Assembly: GCA_945860595.1 (NCBI GenBank)
Contig: CAMAQV010000007.1
Location: 15,595-79,594 of the forward strand
Length of the DNA stretch: 64,000 nucleotides
Direction of reading: 5' to 3'
Origin: Comamonas sp. lk
GTDB taxonomy: Bacteria; Pseudomonadota; Gammaproteobacteria; Burkholderiales; Burkholderiaceae_C
Position numbers and translations under genes: made by a program. Shown here one piece after another: positions 19,090 through 27,894 of the stretch (position 1 is its first letter; every line of letters starts with the position of its first letter). The notes beneath the pieces were generated by a model. The model worked only from the letters and a program-made list of their open reading frames with translations, did no database searches and was not told the DNA's origin.

Positions 19090-20191
19090 GGTGTGCCTTT
19101 GCCAGACCGGCGCCGCGCAGCATCCAGGCCAGCGGCGGTGCGATCACATAGGTCATGGCCCCTGAGAACAGCACCACAAAACCCTGCAACATCACCACCA
19201 TGTCCCGGCTGAAACCCGGCACGTCAAAAGCCAACTCGGCCCCGCCCTGAAACAGCGCGCCGAATAACAGGCTGGACAGCAGGATGCCCAGCGGGTGGTT
19301 GCGCCCCATCAGCGCCACGGCAATGCCGGTAAAGCCCGCGCCGCTGACAAATTCCAGCACCAGCTTGCCGCTGACACCGGCGACCTCGTTCATCCCGACC
19401 AGACCGGCTAGCGCGCCGGAAATGGCCATGGCCAGAATCACCTGGCGCTGTGGTCGAATTCCGGCGTAGGCAGCGGCCTGCGGGCTAGCGCCAACCGCGC
19501 GCAGCCGGTAGCCCGCGCGGGTGTGCCACACAAACAGGTACACCGCCAAGCAGGCGAGCAGGGCCAGCAGAAAACTGGTATTGAGCGGTGACGACGGCCA
19601 TTGCACCCCCACCCAGGCCAAGGCCGTCTGCGCAGAGGGCAGCTGGGCCGACGGCGCAAAGGGCATGCTTTCAATCGCCATATTGCCCGGCGGGCGCATG
19701 TGGTTGACCAGCAGGTACACCAGCAAAGTACTGGCCAAAAAGTTGAACATGATGGTGGTGATCACTACATGGCTGCCCCGGTAGGCCTGCAAATACGCGG
19801 GTATGGCCGCCCATACCATGCCGAACAATGCGCCCGCCAGCACCATGAGCGGCAGCATGGCCCAGGCTGGCAGCAGCGGTGCCCAGGCCAAGGCCACCAG
19901 TGCCACCCCCAAGCCACCCAGCGTGGCCTGGCCTTCACCGCCGATATTGAATAAGCCGCCGTGAAAAGCCACTGCTACGGCCAGGCCGGTGAAGATGAAG
20001 CTGGTGGTGTAGTACAGCGTGTAACTCAGACCCCGCGCACTGCCGAACGCACCTTGCACCAAAGCCGCCAGCACCTGCGCCGGACTCTGGCCTACCAGCG
20101 CCACCACCACACCCGCCACCAGCAGGGCGACGCCGAGGCATACGGCCGGCAGCAGCGCCACATCCGCCCAGCGCGGCAGCGTCTGCCTCAT
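19082..20191 (-). CDS. Nucleoside/BMP-type ABC transporter permease
   Basis: GLFNIGGEGQ, HVVITTIMFN and GFTGIAVALMGRNHP motifs; overlaps both neighbours. Confidence 0.9.
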   Translation of the reverse strand: MRQTLPRWADVALLPAVCLGVALLVAGVVVALVGQSPAQVLAALVQGAFGSARGLSYTLYYTTSFIFTGLAVAVAFHGGLFNIGGEGQATLGGLGVALVALAWAPLLPAWAMLPLMVLAGALFGMVWAAIPAYLQAYRGSHVVITTIMFNFLASTLLVYLLVNHMRPPGNMAIESMPFAPSAQLPSAQTALAWVGVQWPSSPLNTSFLLALLACLAVYLFVWHTRAGYRLRAVGASPQAAAYAGIRPQRQVILAMAISGALAGLVGMNEVAGVSGKLVLEFVSGAGFTGIAVALMGRNHPLGILLSSLLFGALFQGGAELAFDVPGFSRDMVVMLQGFVVLFSGAMTYVIAPPLAWMLRGAGLAKAHRG

Positions 20192-21741
20192 GCCCCGCCC
20201 CCGGCCATCAGCAGGCCCAGGCGGGCCTCGGTGCAGTCGCCAATGGCCAGGCTGCCCGTGACGCGGCCCTGGCTCATCACCAGCACACGGTCTGCGAGGG
20301 CCAGAATTTCGTCGAGTTCGCTGGACACCAGCAATACCGCGCCGCCCGCATCGCGCAGCGCCCGCAGCTGGGCGTAGATGAACTCAATAGCGCCTATGTC
20401 TACTCCGCGTGTGGGCTGGCCCACCAGCACAACCCGAGGCGCTTGCCCGAGCTCGCGGGCGAGCACCAGTTTTTGCTGGTTACCCCCCGAAAACTTGCTG
20501 CTCTGGAGGCGCACGTTGCGGGGGCGCACGTCAAAGCGTTCCATCAGCGCGGCCGTTGCGGTGTGCATAGCGTGTCTGCGCATCCACGGGCCGTGGCTGT
20601 ACTGGGGCGTGTCTTCGTAGCCCAGCACGGCCGACTCCCAGGCCGCAAACTCCATCACCAGCGCGCGCGCATGGCGGTCTTCGGGCACATGCGCCAGGCC
20701 CAGTGCACGGGCCTGGTGCGGGTCCAGCCAGGTGGGCGCTGCGTAGTGCATCCCGCCCAGCTCCAGGCCACCGCTCTGGGGCACGCGCAGGCCGCACAAG
20801 ACATCCAGCAGTTCACTCTGGCCGTTGCCAGCGACCCCGGCCACACCCACGATTTCTCCGGGGAAAAGGTCCACATCTACCGCGTGCATGCGCTGCACGC
20901 CCATTGCGTCACGCACGGTCAAGCCGCGCGCACGCAGCAAAGGCGCTGCGCTGGATTGCGGCGTGCCGGGTGCGGTGCCTTCCGAGCGCCCGGTGTGGAC
21001 TGTGCGTCCAACCATGGCTTGCGCCAGCGTCTCGATGCTGGCCTGCGTAATCGGCATGTCCTGCACCACCCGCCCGCCCCGCATGACCGTCACCCAGTCG
21101 CACAAGGCCATCACCTCTTTGAGCTTGTGGGTGATCAAAATCACTGTGGTGCCCTGCGCCCGCAGTTGCCGCAGCATTGCAAACAATTGCAGGGTTTCCT
21201 GCGGCGTCAGCACTGCGGTGGGCTCGTCCAAAATCAAGATGCGTGCGCCCCGGTACAAGGCTTTCAAAATCTCCAGCCTTTGCCGGTCGCCTACCGCCAG
21301 ATCAGCGACCAGAGCGTCTAACGGAACAAGCAGCCCGGTGGATTGCATCAGGGACTCCAGGCGTGCACGCACAGGCCGTGCCGCTTGGTTCAAGAGCCAA
21401 TGCGGCTCGGCACCCAGCATCACGTTGTCCAGCGCGCTCAGGGTGTCGACCAGCATGAAGTGCTGGTGCACCATGCCGATACCCAGGGCGATCGCATCGT
21501 CCGCATTACGGATATCCGCAGGCACACCAAACACCGCCACCGTGCCACTGTCTGCTGGGTAAAAGCCGTAGAGCACCGACATCAGCGTGCTTTTGCCGGC
21601 GCCGTTTTCACCCACGATGCCGTGCACCGTGCCCGCCCGAACCGTTAGGTCGACATCGGCATTGGCCGCGACTGCAGCAAAACGCTTGCAGATGCCATGC
21701 ATCTGCACCGCGAGAGATTGTTCTGCATCAGCCGGGTTCAT
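20188..21741 (-). CDS. Nucleoside ABC transporter ATP-binding protein (two cassettes)
   Basis: GENGAGKST, LILDEPTAVL, FSGGNQQK and QPTRGVDIGA. Confidence 0.92.
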   Translation of the reverse strand: MNPADAEQSLAVQMHGICKRFAAVAANADVDLTVRAGTVHGIVGENGAGKSTLMSVLYGFYPADSGTVAVFGVPADIRNADDAIALGIGMVHQHFMLVDTLSALDNVMLGAEPHWLLNQAARPVRARLESLMQSTGLLVPLDALVADLAVGDRQRLEILKALYRGARILILDEPTAVLTPQETLQLFAMLRQLRAQGTTVILITHKLKEVMALCDWVTVMRGGRVVQDMPITQASIETLAQAMVGRTVHTGRSEGTAPGTPQSSAAPLLRARGLTVRDAMGVQRMHAVDVDLFPGEIVGVAGVAGNGQSELLDVLCGLRVPQSGGLELGGMHYAAPTWLDPHQARALGLAHVPEDRHARALVMEFAAWESAVLGYEDTPQYSHGPWMRRHAMHTATAALMERFDVRPRNVRLQSSKFSGGNQQKLVLARELGQAPRVVLVGQPTRGVDIGAIEFIYAQLRALRDAGGAVLLVSSELDEILALADRVLVMSQGRVTGSLAIGDCTEARLGLLMAGGGA

Positions 21742-21784
21742 CGCGGGCCGGTCTCAGCGTGCGTGTGCGTGCCGGCCCGCATGA
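21738..21784 (-). promoter_or_regulatory. Intercistronic stem-loop between the BMP gene and the ATPase gene, pairing the ATPase start codon
   Basis: GCGGGCCGG (21743-21751) and CCGGCCCGC (21772-21780) form a perfect 9-bp inverted repeat, extended by TCAT/ATGA across a 1-nt bulge. Confidence 0.5.
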
Positions 21785-21794
21785 GCGCAAGCAG

Positions 21795-22775
21795 TCAGTA
21801 CTTGCAGGCGTTATCGGCCATGTAGTCGGCCACTTTGATCTTGCCGCTGATGATGTCGGCCTTGGCAGCGTCGACCTTCTTCTTCATATCGGCGGTCACC
21901 AGCTTGGCGTTGTTGGCATCCATGGCGTAGTCCACGCCACCTTCTTTCAAGCCCAGCACCGTGATGCCGGGGGCGAACGATTTGGAGACGTTGTAAACCG
22001 CCACGTCGACGCGCTTGAGCATGGAGGTCAGCATGGTGCCCGGCTGCAGGTGGTTCTGGTTGCTGTCCACGCCGACGGCAAGTTTGCCGCTGTCTTTGGC
22101 GGCCTGGTAGACGCCGACGCCGGTGCCGCCTGCTGCGGCAAACACCACGTCTGCGCCTTTGGCGAATTGCGCCTTGGCCAGCTCACCGCCACGGCTTGGG
22201 TCGTTCCAGGCCGCGCCAGTGGTACCGGTCATGTTGGCGAATACTTCGGCTTTGGCGTTGGCAAATTTGGCACCCTGCTCGTAGCCGCACTGAAACCGGC
22301 GGATGAGCGGAATGTCCATGCCGCCCACAAAGCCGACCTTGCCGGTTTTACTGGCCATGGCGGCCATGGCGCCGACTAGAAAACTGCCTTCCTGCTCCTT
22401 GAATACCACCGACTGCACATTGGGCAGGCCGACTACCATGTCGACGATCACAAAGTTGAGCTTGGGAAATTCCTTGGCGACTTTTTCAATGGCCGAGGCC
22501 TGCGAAAAGCCCACGCCGATGATGGGGCTAGCGCCTTTTTCGGCCATGCGGCGGATCGCCTGTTCGCGCTGCGATTCATTGGCAATTTCGAACTCCAGAT
22601 ACTGCTTGCCGGTTTCTTTTTTCCAGGCTTCCATGCCGACAAAAGCGGCCTCGTTGAACGACTTGTCGAATTTGCCCCCCATGTCGTAGACGATGGCGGG
22701 TTCGGCGGCAGCGGCAAACGATGCCGCTGTTGCGACGCTGACAAGCGTTAAGCGGGCGAGGGTGGAAAACTGCAT
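21795..22775 (-). CDS. BMP-family ABC substrate-binding protein (purine/nucleoside type)
   Basis: GGKFDKSFNE, FKEQEGSFLVG, VFAAAGGTG and GVDSNQNHL. Signal peptide from MQFSTLARL. Confidence 0.9.
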   Translation of the reverse strand: MQFSTLARLTLVSVATAASFAAAAEPAIVYDMGGKFDKSFNEAAFVGMEAWKKETGKQYLEFEIANESQREQAIRRMAEKGASPIIGVGFSQASAIEKVAKEFPKLNFVIVDMVVGLPNVQSVVFKEQEGSFLVGAMAAMASKTGKVGFVGGMDIPLIRRFQCGYEQGAKFANAKAEVFANMTGTTGAAWNDPSRGGELAKAQFAKGADVVFAAAGGTGVGVYQAAKDSGKLAVGVDSNQNHLQPGTMLTSMLKRVDVAVYNVSKSFAPGITVLGLKEGGVDYAMDANNAKLVTADMKKKVDAAKADIISGKIKVADYMADNACKY

Positions 22776-22955
22776 GAGAGAACTCCCTGAAAAATGGGTG
22801 GATGAACAGAGTGGCTGGGTGCAAATAGTATCCACAAACCCGCGCCGCACGCGCAAACTTTGGCGCCTGCTGCGCGGGGTCATCCGTCACAATAGCCAGA
22901 CACGCTGCGTGGCGCTTGAGTCCGCTGCGCAATTTTTCACCGGAAAGTGGGCCCC

Positions 22956-23843
22956 ATGATTCTGATTGCCGGTTCTGCCAACCTGGACTTTGTGGTGCGG
23001 GCGCACCATATTCCCGCGCCGGGGGAGACGGTGCTGGGGCAAAGTTTTCAGACTTTTCCCGGTGGCAAGGGGGCGAACCAGGCAGTGGCCTGCGCGCGAG
23101 CGGGCGGGGCCGTTACCCATTTTTTGACCGGGCTGGGCGCGGATGCTTTTGCGATGCCACTCGAGGCGTCGTTGCGGGACGCGGGGGTGCAGCTCCATGC
23201 CGTGCGGCCCGAGGGCCAGCCCACCGGAACCGCGTTCATCTGCGTCTCGGATGCGGGCGAAAACGCCATCACTGTTGCACCCGGCGCCAACAGCAGTCTG
23301 CGGCCCGAACACCTGTTGTCGCTGGACGGCTTTAGCCACCTGCTCATGCAGCTTGAGATTCCGCTGGAGACGGTACAGGCCTATGCGCAGGCAGCGCGCG
23401 CGGCTGGTATGGCTGTGGTGCTGAATGCAGCGCCGGCACGCGCCCTGCCGCAAAGCCTGCTGGATGTAGTGGACGTTTTAATCGTCAACGAGGGTGAGCT
23501 TGCTGCGCTGACGGGCCCGTCTGGTGATGTTGCCCAGCGCATGGCCATGCTGACTTTGCCGACGCTGGTGGTGACCTTGGGCGCACGCGGATGTGTGGCG
23601 CGCCACCACGGGGCTCTGTACGAACAAGCCGCCTTTGCTGTGGATGTGGTGGACAGCACCGGCGCGGGCGACACCTTTTGTGGCACGCTGCTGGCCGCTT
23701 GGAGCGCGGGTGCCGATATGGCTGCCGCGCTGCGCCGCGCCAGTGCGGCGGCTGCCCTGGCCTGCACCCGCATGGGCGCGCAGTCCAGCGTTCCTACTGT
23801 GGACGAAGTCGATCAATTCTTGGAAAGCCATCCCCAGCCATGA
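22956..23843 (+). CDS. rbsK: Ribokinase (PfkB family)
   Basis: GSANLD, PGGKGANQAVA, LNAAPA, VNEGE and VDSTGAGDTF. Confidence 0.88.
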   Translation: MILIAGSANLDFVVRAHHIPAPGETVLGQSFQTFPGGKGANQAVACARAGGAVTHFLTGLGADAFAMPLEASLRDAGVQLHAVRPEGQPTGTAFICVSDAGENAITVAPGANSSLRPEHLLSLDGFSHLLMQLEIPLETVQAYAQAARAAGMAVVLNAAPARALPQSLLDVVDVLIVNEGELAALTGPSGDVAQRMAMLTLPTLVVTLGARGCVARHHGALYEQAAFAVDVVDSTGAGDTFCGTLLAAWSAGADMAAALRRASAAAALACTRMGAQSSVPTVDEVDQFLESHPQP

Positions 23844-24844
23844 GCAACTCTGCGCCCCGCAAAGTGATTTACGACACCGACCCGGGTGTGGACGACGCCA
23901 TGGCGCTGTACTACGCGCTGGCGCATCCGGGTATCGATGTCGTCGGCATTACTACCACGTTCGGCAATGTGACGGTGGAGCAGGCCGCGACTAACGCCCT
24001 CTACCTGTGTGCGCTGGCGCAGCAGGCTTTACCGGTTACGCGGGGCGTGGCGCGGCCCTGGGTCAAGCCCGGCGAAGCGCCGCCCGCCCACATCCACGGC
24101 GCGGACGGCTTGGGTAATTTGCCGCAGCGCGCACCGCATGGGATGATGCTGGATCCGCGCCCGTCGGCGCAGTTCATCGTGGATATGGCGCGCGCCCATC
24201 CCGGTGAGATCACGCTGGTGGCGGTGGGGCCGCTGGGCAATGTAGCGGCTGCGCTGCTGCTGGAGCCGCGGCTGCCGCAGTTGCTGCAGGAAGTGATCAT
24301 CATGGGCGGCACCGTGCTGGAGCCGGGCAATGTGTCGCCGGTAGCCGAAGCCAATGTCTGGAACGACCCGCACGCCGCCGACATCGTCTTCAACGCCGGC
24401 TGGAAGATCACCATGGTGGGCTTGGATGTGACGCACCGCCTGATCCTGCCAGTCAGCCTGTTTGCGCGCATCGCCGCCCACCATCAGCATTCAGCTACTG
24501 ACACGCTCTTGCATGCGGTCAATTTTTACGCCGGCTTTTACAGCGACTTGTATCCGCACGTGGCCGCTATCTACGGCTGCTTCGGACACGATGTGCTGGC
24601 CTTTATTTACCTCAGCAACCCGGAGCTCTTTAGCCTGGAGCATGGCCGTGTGCGCGTGGTCACCGAGGGGCTGGCGCAGGGGCAAACCGTGCTGCGGCGC
24701 AAAACCATTCCCTACCCCCAAGCCGGTTGGGATCCCCAGACACCCGCTACCGCTGTATGCATGCAGGTCGACCATGCAGGGGCGGCCGATGTGTTCACCC
24801 GCACCATGCTCGGCGACTGGCTGCGCCCCGCGCATCCGGCTTGA
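23840..24844 (+). CDS. Nucleoside hydrolase (IU-NH family)
   Basis: DTDPGVDD Ca-binding motif, IHGADGLG, GPLGN, AEANVWNDP and GHD. ATG 23840 overlaps the rbsK stop. Confidence 0.92.
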   Translation: MSNSAPRKVIYDTDPGVDDAMALYYALAHPGIDVVGITTTFGNVTVEQAATNALYLCALAQQALPVTRGVARPWVKPGEAPPAHIHGADGLGNLPQRAPHGMMLDPRPSAQFIVDMARAHPGEITLVAVGPLGNVAAALLLEPRLPQLLQEVIIMGGTVLEPGNVSPVAEANVWNDPHAADIVFNAGWKITMVGLDVTHRLILPVSLFARIAAHHQHSATDTLLHAVNFYAGFYSDLYPHVAAIYGCFGHDVLAFIYLSNPELFSLEHGRVRVVTEGLAQGQTVLRRKTIPYPQAGWDPQTPATAVCMQVDHAGAADVFTRTMLGDWLRPAHPA

Positions 24845-24857
24845 AAGACTGCACACC

Positions 24858-25724
24858 ATGCGCACACCGCCCGCTTCTGACCCGCACCTGCCCATCGTGG
24901 ACTTCGCTGACGCGGACGCGCCCCGCGCCTTTGTGGCCAGCCTGCACCACACCGGGTTTGCGGTCCTGAAAAACCACCCGCTGGATCAGGCGCTGGTGGA
25001 CGGAATTTACGCCGAATGGTTGAATTTTTTCCACAGCGCGGCGAAGTTTGATTACCCCTTCAACACCCAGACGCACGACGGCTACTTTTCCACTGCCGTG
25101 TCGGAGACGGCCAAAAACCACAGCACCAAAGACGTCAAAGAGTTTTTTCATGTTTACCCATGGGGCCAGTACCCGGCGCAGGTCAGTGATGCCGCACTGC
25201 GCTACTACGCGCGCGGCAAAGAACTCGCCACCACCCTGTTGCAGTGGGTGCAAGACGGCTCACCGCCGGACGTGCGTGCGCGGTATTCGCAGCCTTTGCC
25301 CGCGATGCTCGAGGGCAGCGAACACACGCTGCTGCGGGTGCTGCATTACCCGCCATTGAGCGGCCAGGAGGAGCCGGGTGCTATGCGGGCTGCGCCGCAC
25401 GGCGACATCAATTTGCTCACCATCCTGCCGGCCGCTACCGAGCCGGGTTTGCAGGTTCTGGGCACCAATGGCGACTGGCACGACGTGCCCTGTGACTTCG
25501 GCCTTTTGATCGTCAACATCGGTGACATGTTGGAGGAGGCATCAGGCCGCTACTTTCCGTCCACGGTACACCGCGTGCTCAATCCGGTGGGCGAAGCGGC
25601 GCGCAAGTCCCGGGTCTCGCTGCCGCTGTTTTTGCACCCGCGCAAAGAGGTCGTTCTGTCAGACCGCTACACCGTGGGCAGCTATTTTGAGGAGCGCATC
25701 CGCGAGCTGCGCATCAACGGCTAA
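24858..25724 (+). CDS. 2-oxoglutarate/Fe(II)-dependent oxygenase (IPNS/DIOX-like)
   Basis: LRVLHYPP, HGD (HxD), STVHRV (distal His) and RVS (RxS 2OG-binding). Start placed at ATG 24858. Confidence 0.88.
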   Translation: MRTPPASDPHLPIVDFADADAPRAFVASLHHTGFAVLKNHPLDQALVDGIYAEWLNFFHSAAKFDYPFNTQTHDGYFSTAVSETAKNHSTKDVKEFFHVYPWGQYPAQVSDAALRYYARGKELATTLLQWVQDGSPPDVRARYSQPLPAMLEGSEHTLLRVLHYPPLSGQEEPGAMRAAPHGDINLLTILPAATEPGLQVLGTNGDWHDVPCDFGLLIVNIGDMLEEASGRYFPSTVHRVLNPVGEAARKSRVSLPLFLHPRKEVVLSDRYTVGSYFEERIRELRING

Positions 25725-25744
25725 GCGCGGCGCGGGCGGCCTGC

Positions 25745-26941
25745 TCAGCCCGCAAATGCGGCGATGCCGGTCATCGCACGGCCCAAGATCAGGGCGTGGA
25801 TGTCGTGCGTGCCCTCGTAGGTGTTGACCACTTCAAGGTTGACCAAGTGGCGCGCCACACCGAACTCGTCGCTGATGCCGTTGCCACCCATCATGTCGCG
25901 CGCCATGCGGGCGATGTCCAGGGCTTTGCCGCAGGAGTTGCGCTTCAAGATGGAGGTGATTTCCACGCTGGCCGTGCCTTCGTCTTTCATGCGCCCCAGG
26001 CGCAAGCAGCCTTGCAGACCGAGCGAGATTTCGGTTTGCATGTCGGCCAACTTCTTTTGAATCAACTGGTTGGCGGCCAAGGGGCGGCCAAACTGCTGAC
26101 GGTCCAGCGTGTATTGACGGGCGCGGTGCCAGCAGTCTTCGGCGGCACCCAAGGCGCCCCAGGCGATGCCGTAGCGCGCGCTGTTCAAGCAGGTGAACGG
26201 GCCTTTCAAGCCTTGCACGTCGGGGAAGGCGTTTTCTTCGGGCACAAACACGCCGTCCATCACGATTTCACCAGTGATCGAGGCTCGCAAACCCACCTTG
26301 CCGTGGATGGCGGGGGCGCTCAAGCCCTTCATGCCTTTTTCCAAAATGAAGCCGCGGATAGGGCCCACTTGACCGCCTTCGCTGACCTCTTTGGCCCACA
26401 CCACAAACACGTCCGCAATCGGGCTGTTGGAGATCCACATCTTGGAGCCGCTCAATGTGTAGCCGCCCGGCACTTTCTGCGCGCGGGTCACCATGCTTTG
26501 CGGGTCCGAGCCGTGGTCGGGCTCGGTTAGGCCGAAGCAGCCTATGGTCTGGCCGGTGGCGAGTTGGGGCAGGTATTTCTGGCGCTGTGCTTCGGTGCCG
26601 AATTCAAAAATCGGCAGCATCACCAGCGAGCTTTGTACGCTCATCATGGAGCGGTAACCGCTGTCCACGCGCTCCACTTCGCGCGCAATCAGGCCGTAGG
26701 CCACGTAACCCAGCGCCGGGCCGCCGTAGGCTTCGGGGATGGTGGGGCCGAGCAGGCCGAGCTCGCCCATTTCACGGAAGATGGCCGGATCCGTGGTTTC
26801 GTTGCGAAAGGCCTGTGTGACGCGCGGCAGCAGTTTGTCCTGGCAGTAGGCGGCGGCGGCATCGCGCACCATGCGCTCGTCGTCGCTGAGTTGGGCGTCC
26901 AGCAAAAAAGGGTCTTGCCATTGGAATGCGGCGTGGGCCAT
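25745..26941 (-). CDS. gcdH: Glutaryl-CoA dehydrogenase
   Basis: [45 protein letters not shown] and TYEGTHDIH. Start at MAHAAFQW. Confidence 0.92.
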   Translation of the reverse strand: MAHAAFQWQDPFLLDAQLSDDERMVRDAAAAYCQDKLLPRVTQAFRNETTDPAIFREMGELGLLGPTIPEAYGGPALGYVAYGLIAREVERVDSGYRSMMSVQSSLVMLPIFEFGTEAQRQKYLPQLATGQTIGCFGLTEPDHGSDPQSMVTRAQKVPGGYTLSGSKMWISNSPIADVFVVWAKEVSEGGQVGPIRGFILEKGMKGLSAPAIHGKVGLRASITGEIVMDGVFVPEENAFPDVQGLKGPFTCLNSARYGIAWGALGAAEDCWHRARQYTLDRQQFGRPLAANQLIQKKLADMQTEISLGLQGCLRLGRMKDEGTASVEITSILKRNSCGKALDIARMARDMMGGNGISDEFGVARHLVNLEVVNTYEGTHDIHALILGRAMTGIAAFAG

Positions 26942-27021
26942 GAAAAGGGTCTCCGAAAGCGCAAACCCGCCGACATGGCGGGTCGTGGCATGGCTTGAAG
27001 TGTACTGAGGCCCCGCCCGGC

Positions 27022-27858
27022 ATGGGCGACACTTGGGGCTTGCCATTCACCCTGTCCGTGCTGAACCGATTGACCTCTTTCGCCTCTTGGGCGTCTACTT
27101 ACGCCGCTCTCGCCACGGGGCTCGCTGCCGCACTGCTCCCGTGCGGCGTGGCGCAGGCCTGGGGTCCGGTGGGTCACCAAACTGTAGCGATGGCCGCCCG
27201 CGCCCAGCTCACCCCCGAGGCCTTGGTTCATTTGCAGGAACTCATGGCCCTGGAGCCCGGCACCATTCTGGCGGAGCTTGCCACCTGGGCCGACGAACAT
27301 CGCAGCCCCGAGACCGGTCCCTGGCATTACGTCAACTTGCCCCCTGGTGATTGCAATTACCGCCCCGCCCGCGATTGCCCGGACGGACAGTGCATCGTCG
27401 CCGTGCTGGACGCACAGCTGCGGATATTGGATTCCCGGGCACCGCCGACCGAGCGCTTGCAGGCGCTGAAATGGGTGGTGCATCTGGTCGCAGACCTGCA
27501 CCAGCCGCTGCACGCCGGCATGGCCGAAGACCGGGGCGGCAACCGCTACCAGCTGCAGTTTTTGCTGCGCTGGAGCAATTTGCACGCGCTGTGGGATTCG
27601 GGCCTGATCCACCATATGGGTGAGGACGCGCCGACCCTGGCGGCGCGCCTGGCCCGCCAGTTCTGGCCATCCTCGCCGGGGAGTTTGAGCGTGCGTGCCG
27701 CAGCGGAGGAGTCCTGCAAGATAGCCCGCCAACCCGGCTTTTACCCCTCGGATACCGTGGGGCAGGACTACATCAGGGCCTACACGCCCATCGTGGAGCA
27801 GCGACTCTGGCTTGCCAGCGTGCGCCTGGCAGCGCTGTTGAACCGGGCTTTGCGGTAG
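27022..27858 (+). CDS. Secreted S1/P1-family nuclease (start uncertain)
   Basis: Signal-like stretch ending AQA followed by WGPVGH, then [18 protein letters not shown] and LHALWD, which supply the tri-zinc ligands. Confidence 0.88.
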   Translation: MGDTWGLPFTLSVLNRLTSFASWASTYAALATGLAAALLPCGVAQAWGPVGHQTVAMAARAQLTPEALVHLQELMALEPGTILAELATWADEHRSPETGPWHYVNLPPGDCNYRPARDCPDGQCIVAVLDAQLRILDSRAPPTERLQALKWVVHLVADLHQPLHAGMAEDRGGNRYQLQFLLRWSNLHALWDSGLIHHMGEDAPTLAARLARQFWPSSPGSLSVRAAAEESCKIARQPGFYPSDTVGQDYIRAYTPIVEQRLWLASVRLAALLNRALR

Positions 27859-27894
27859 ATTGGCCTTATTCAGACTTTGCGAGCCCCACACGCC

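Noticed and set aside
25745-26941. Acyl-CoA dehydrogenase as DmdC partner of the DmdA-like gene
   Set aside because: Its motifs ([31 protein letters not shown]) and length of 398 aa fit glutaryl-CoA dehydrogenase, not the longer DmdC type.
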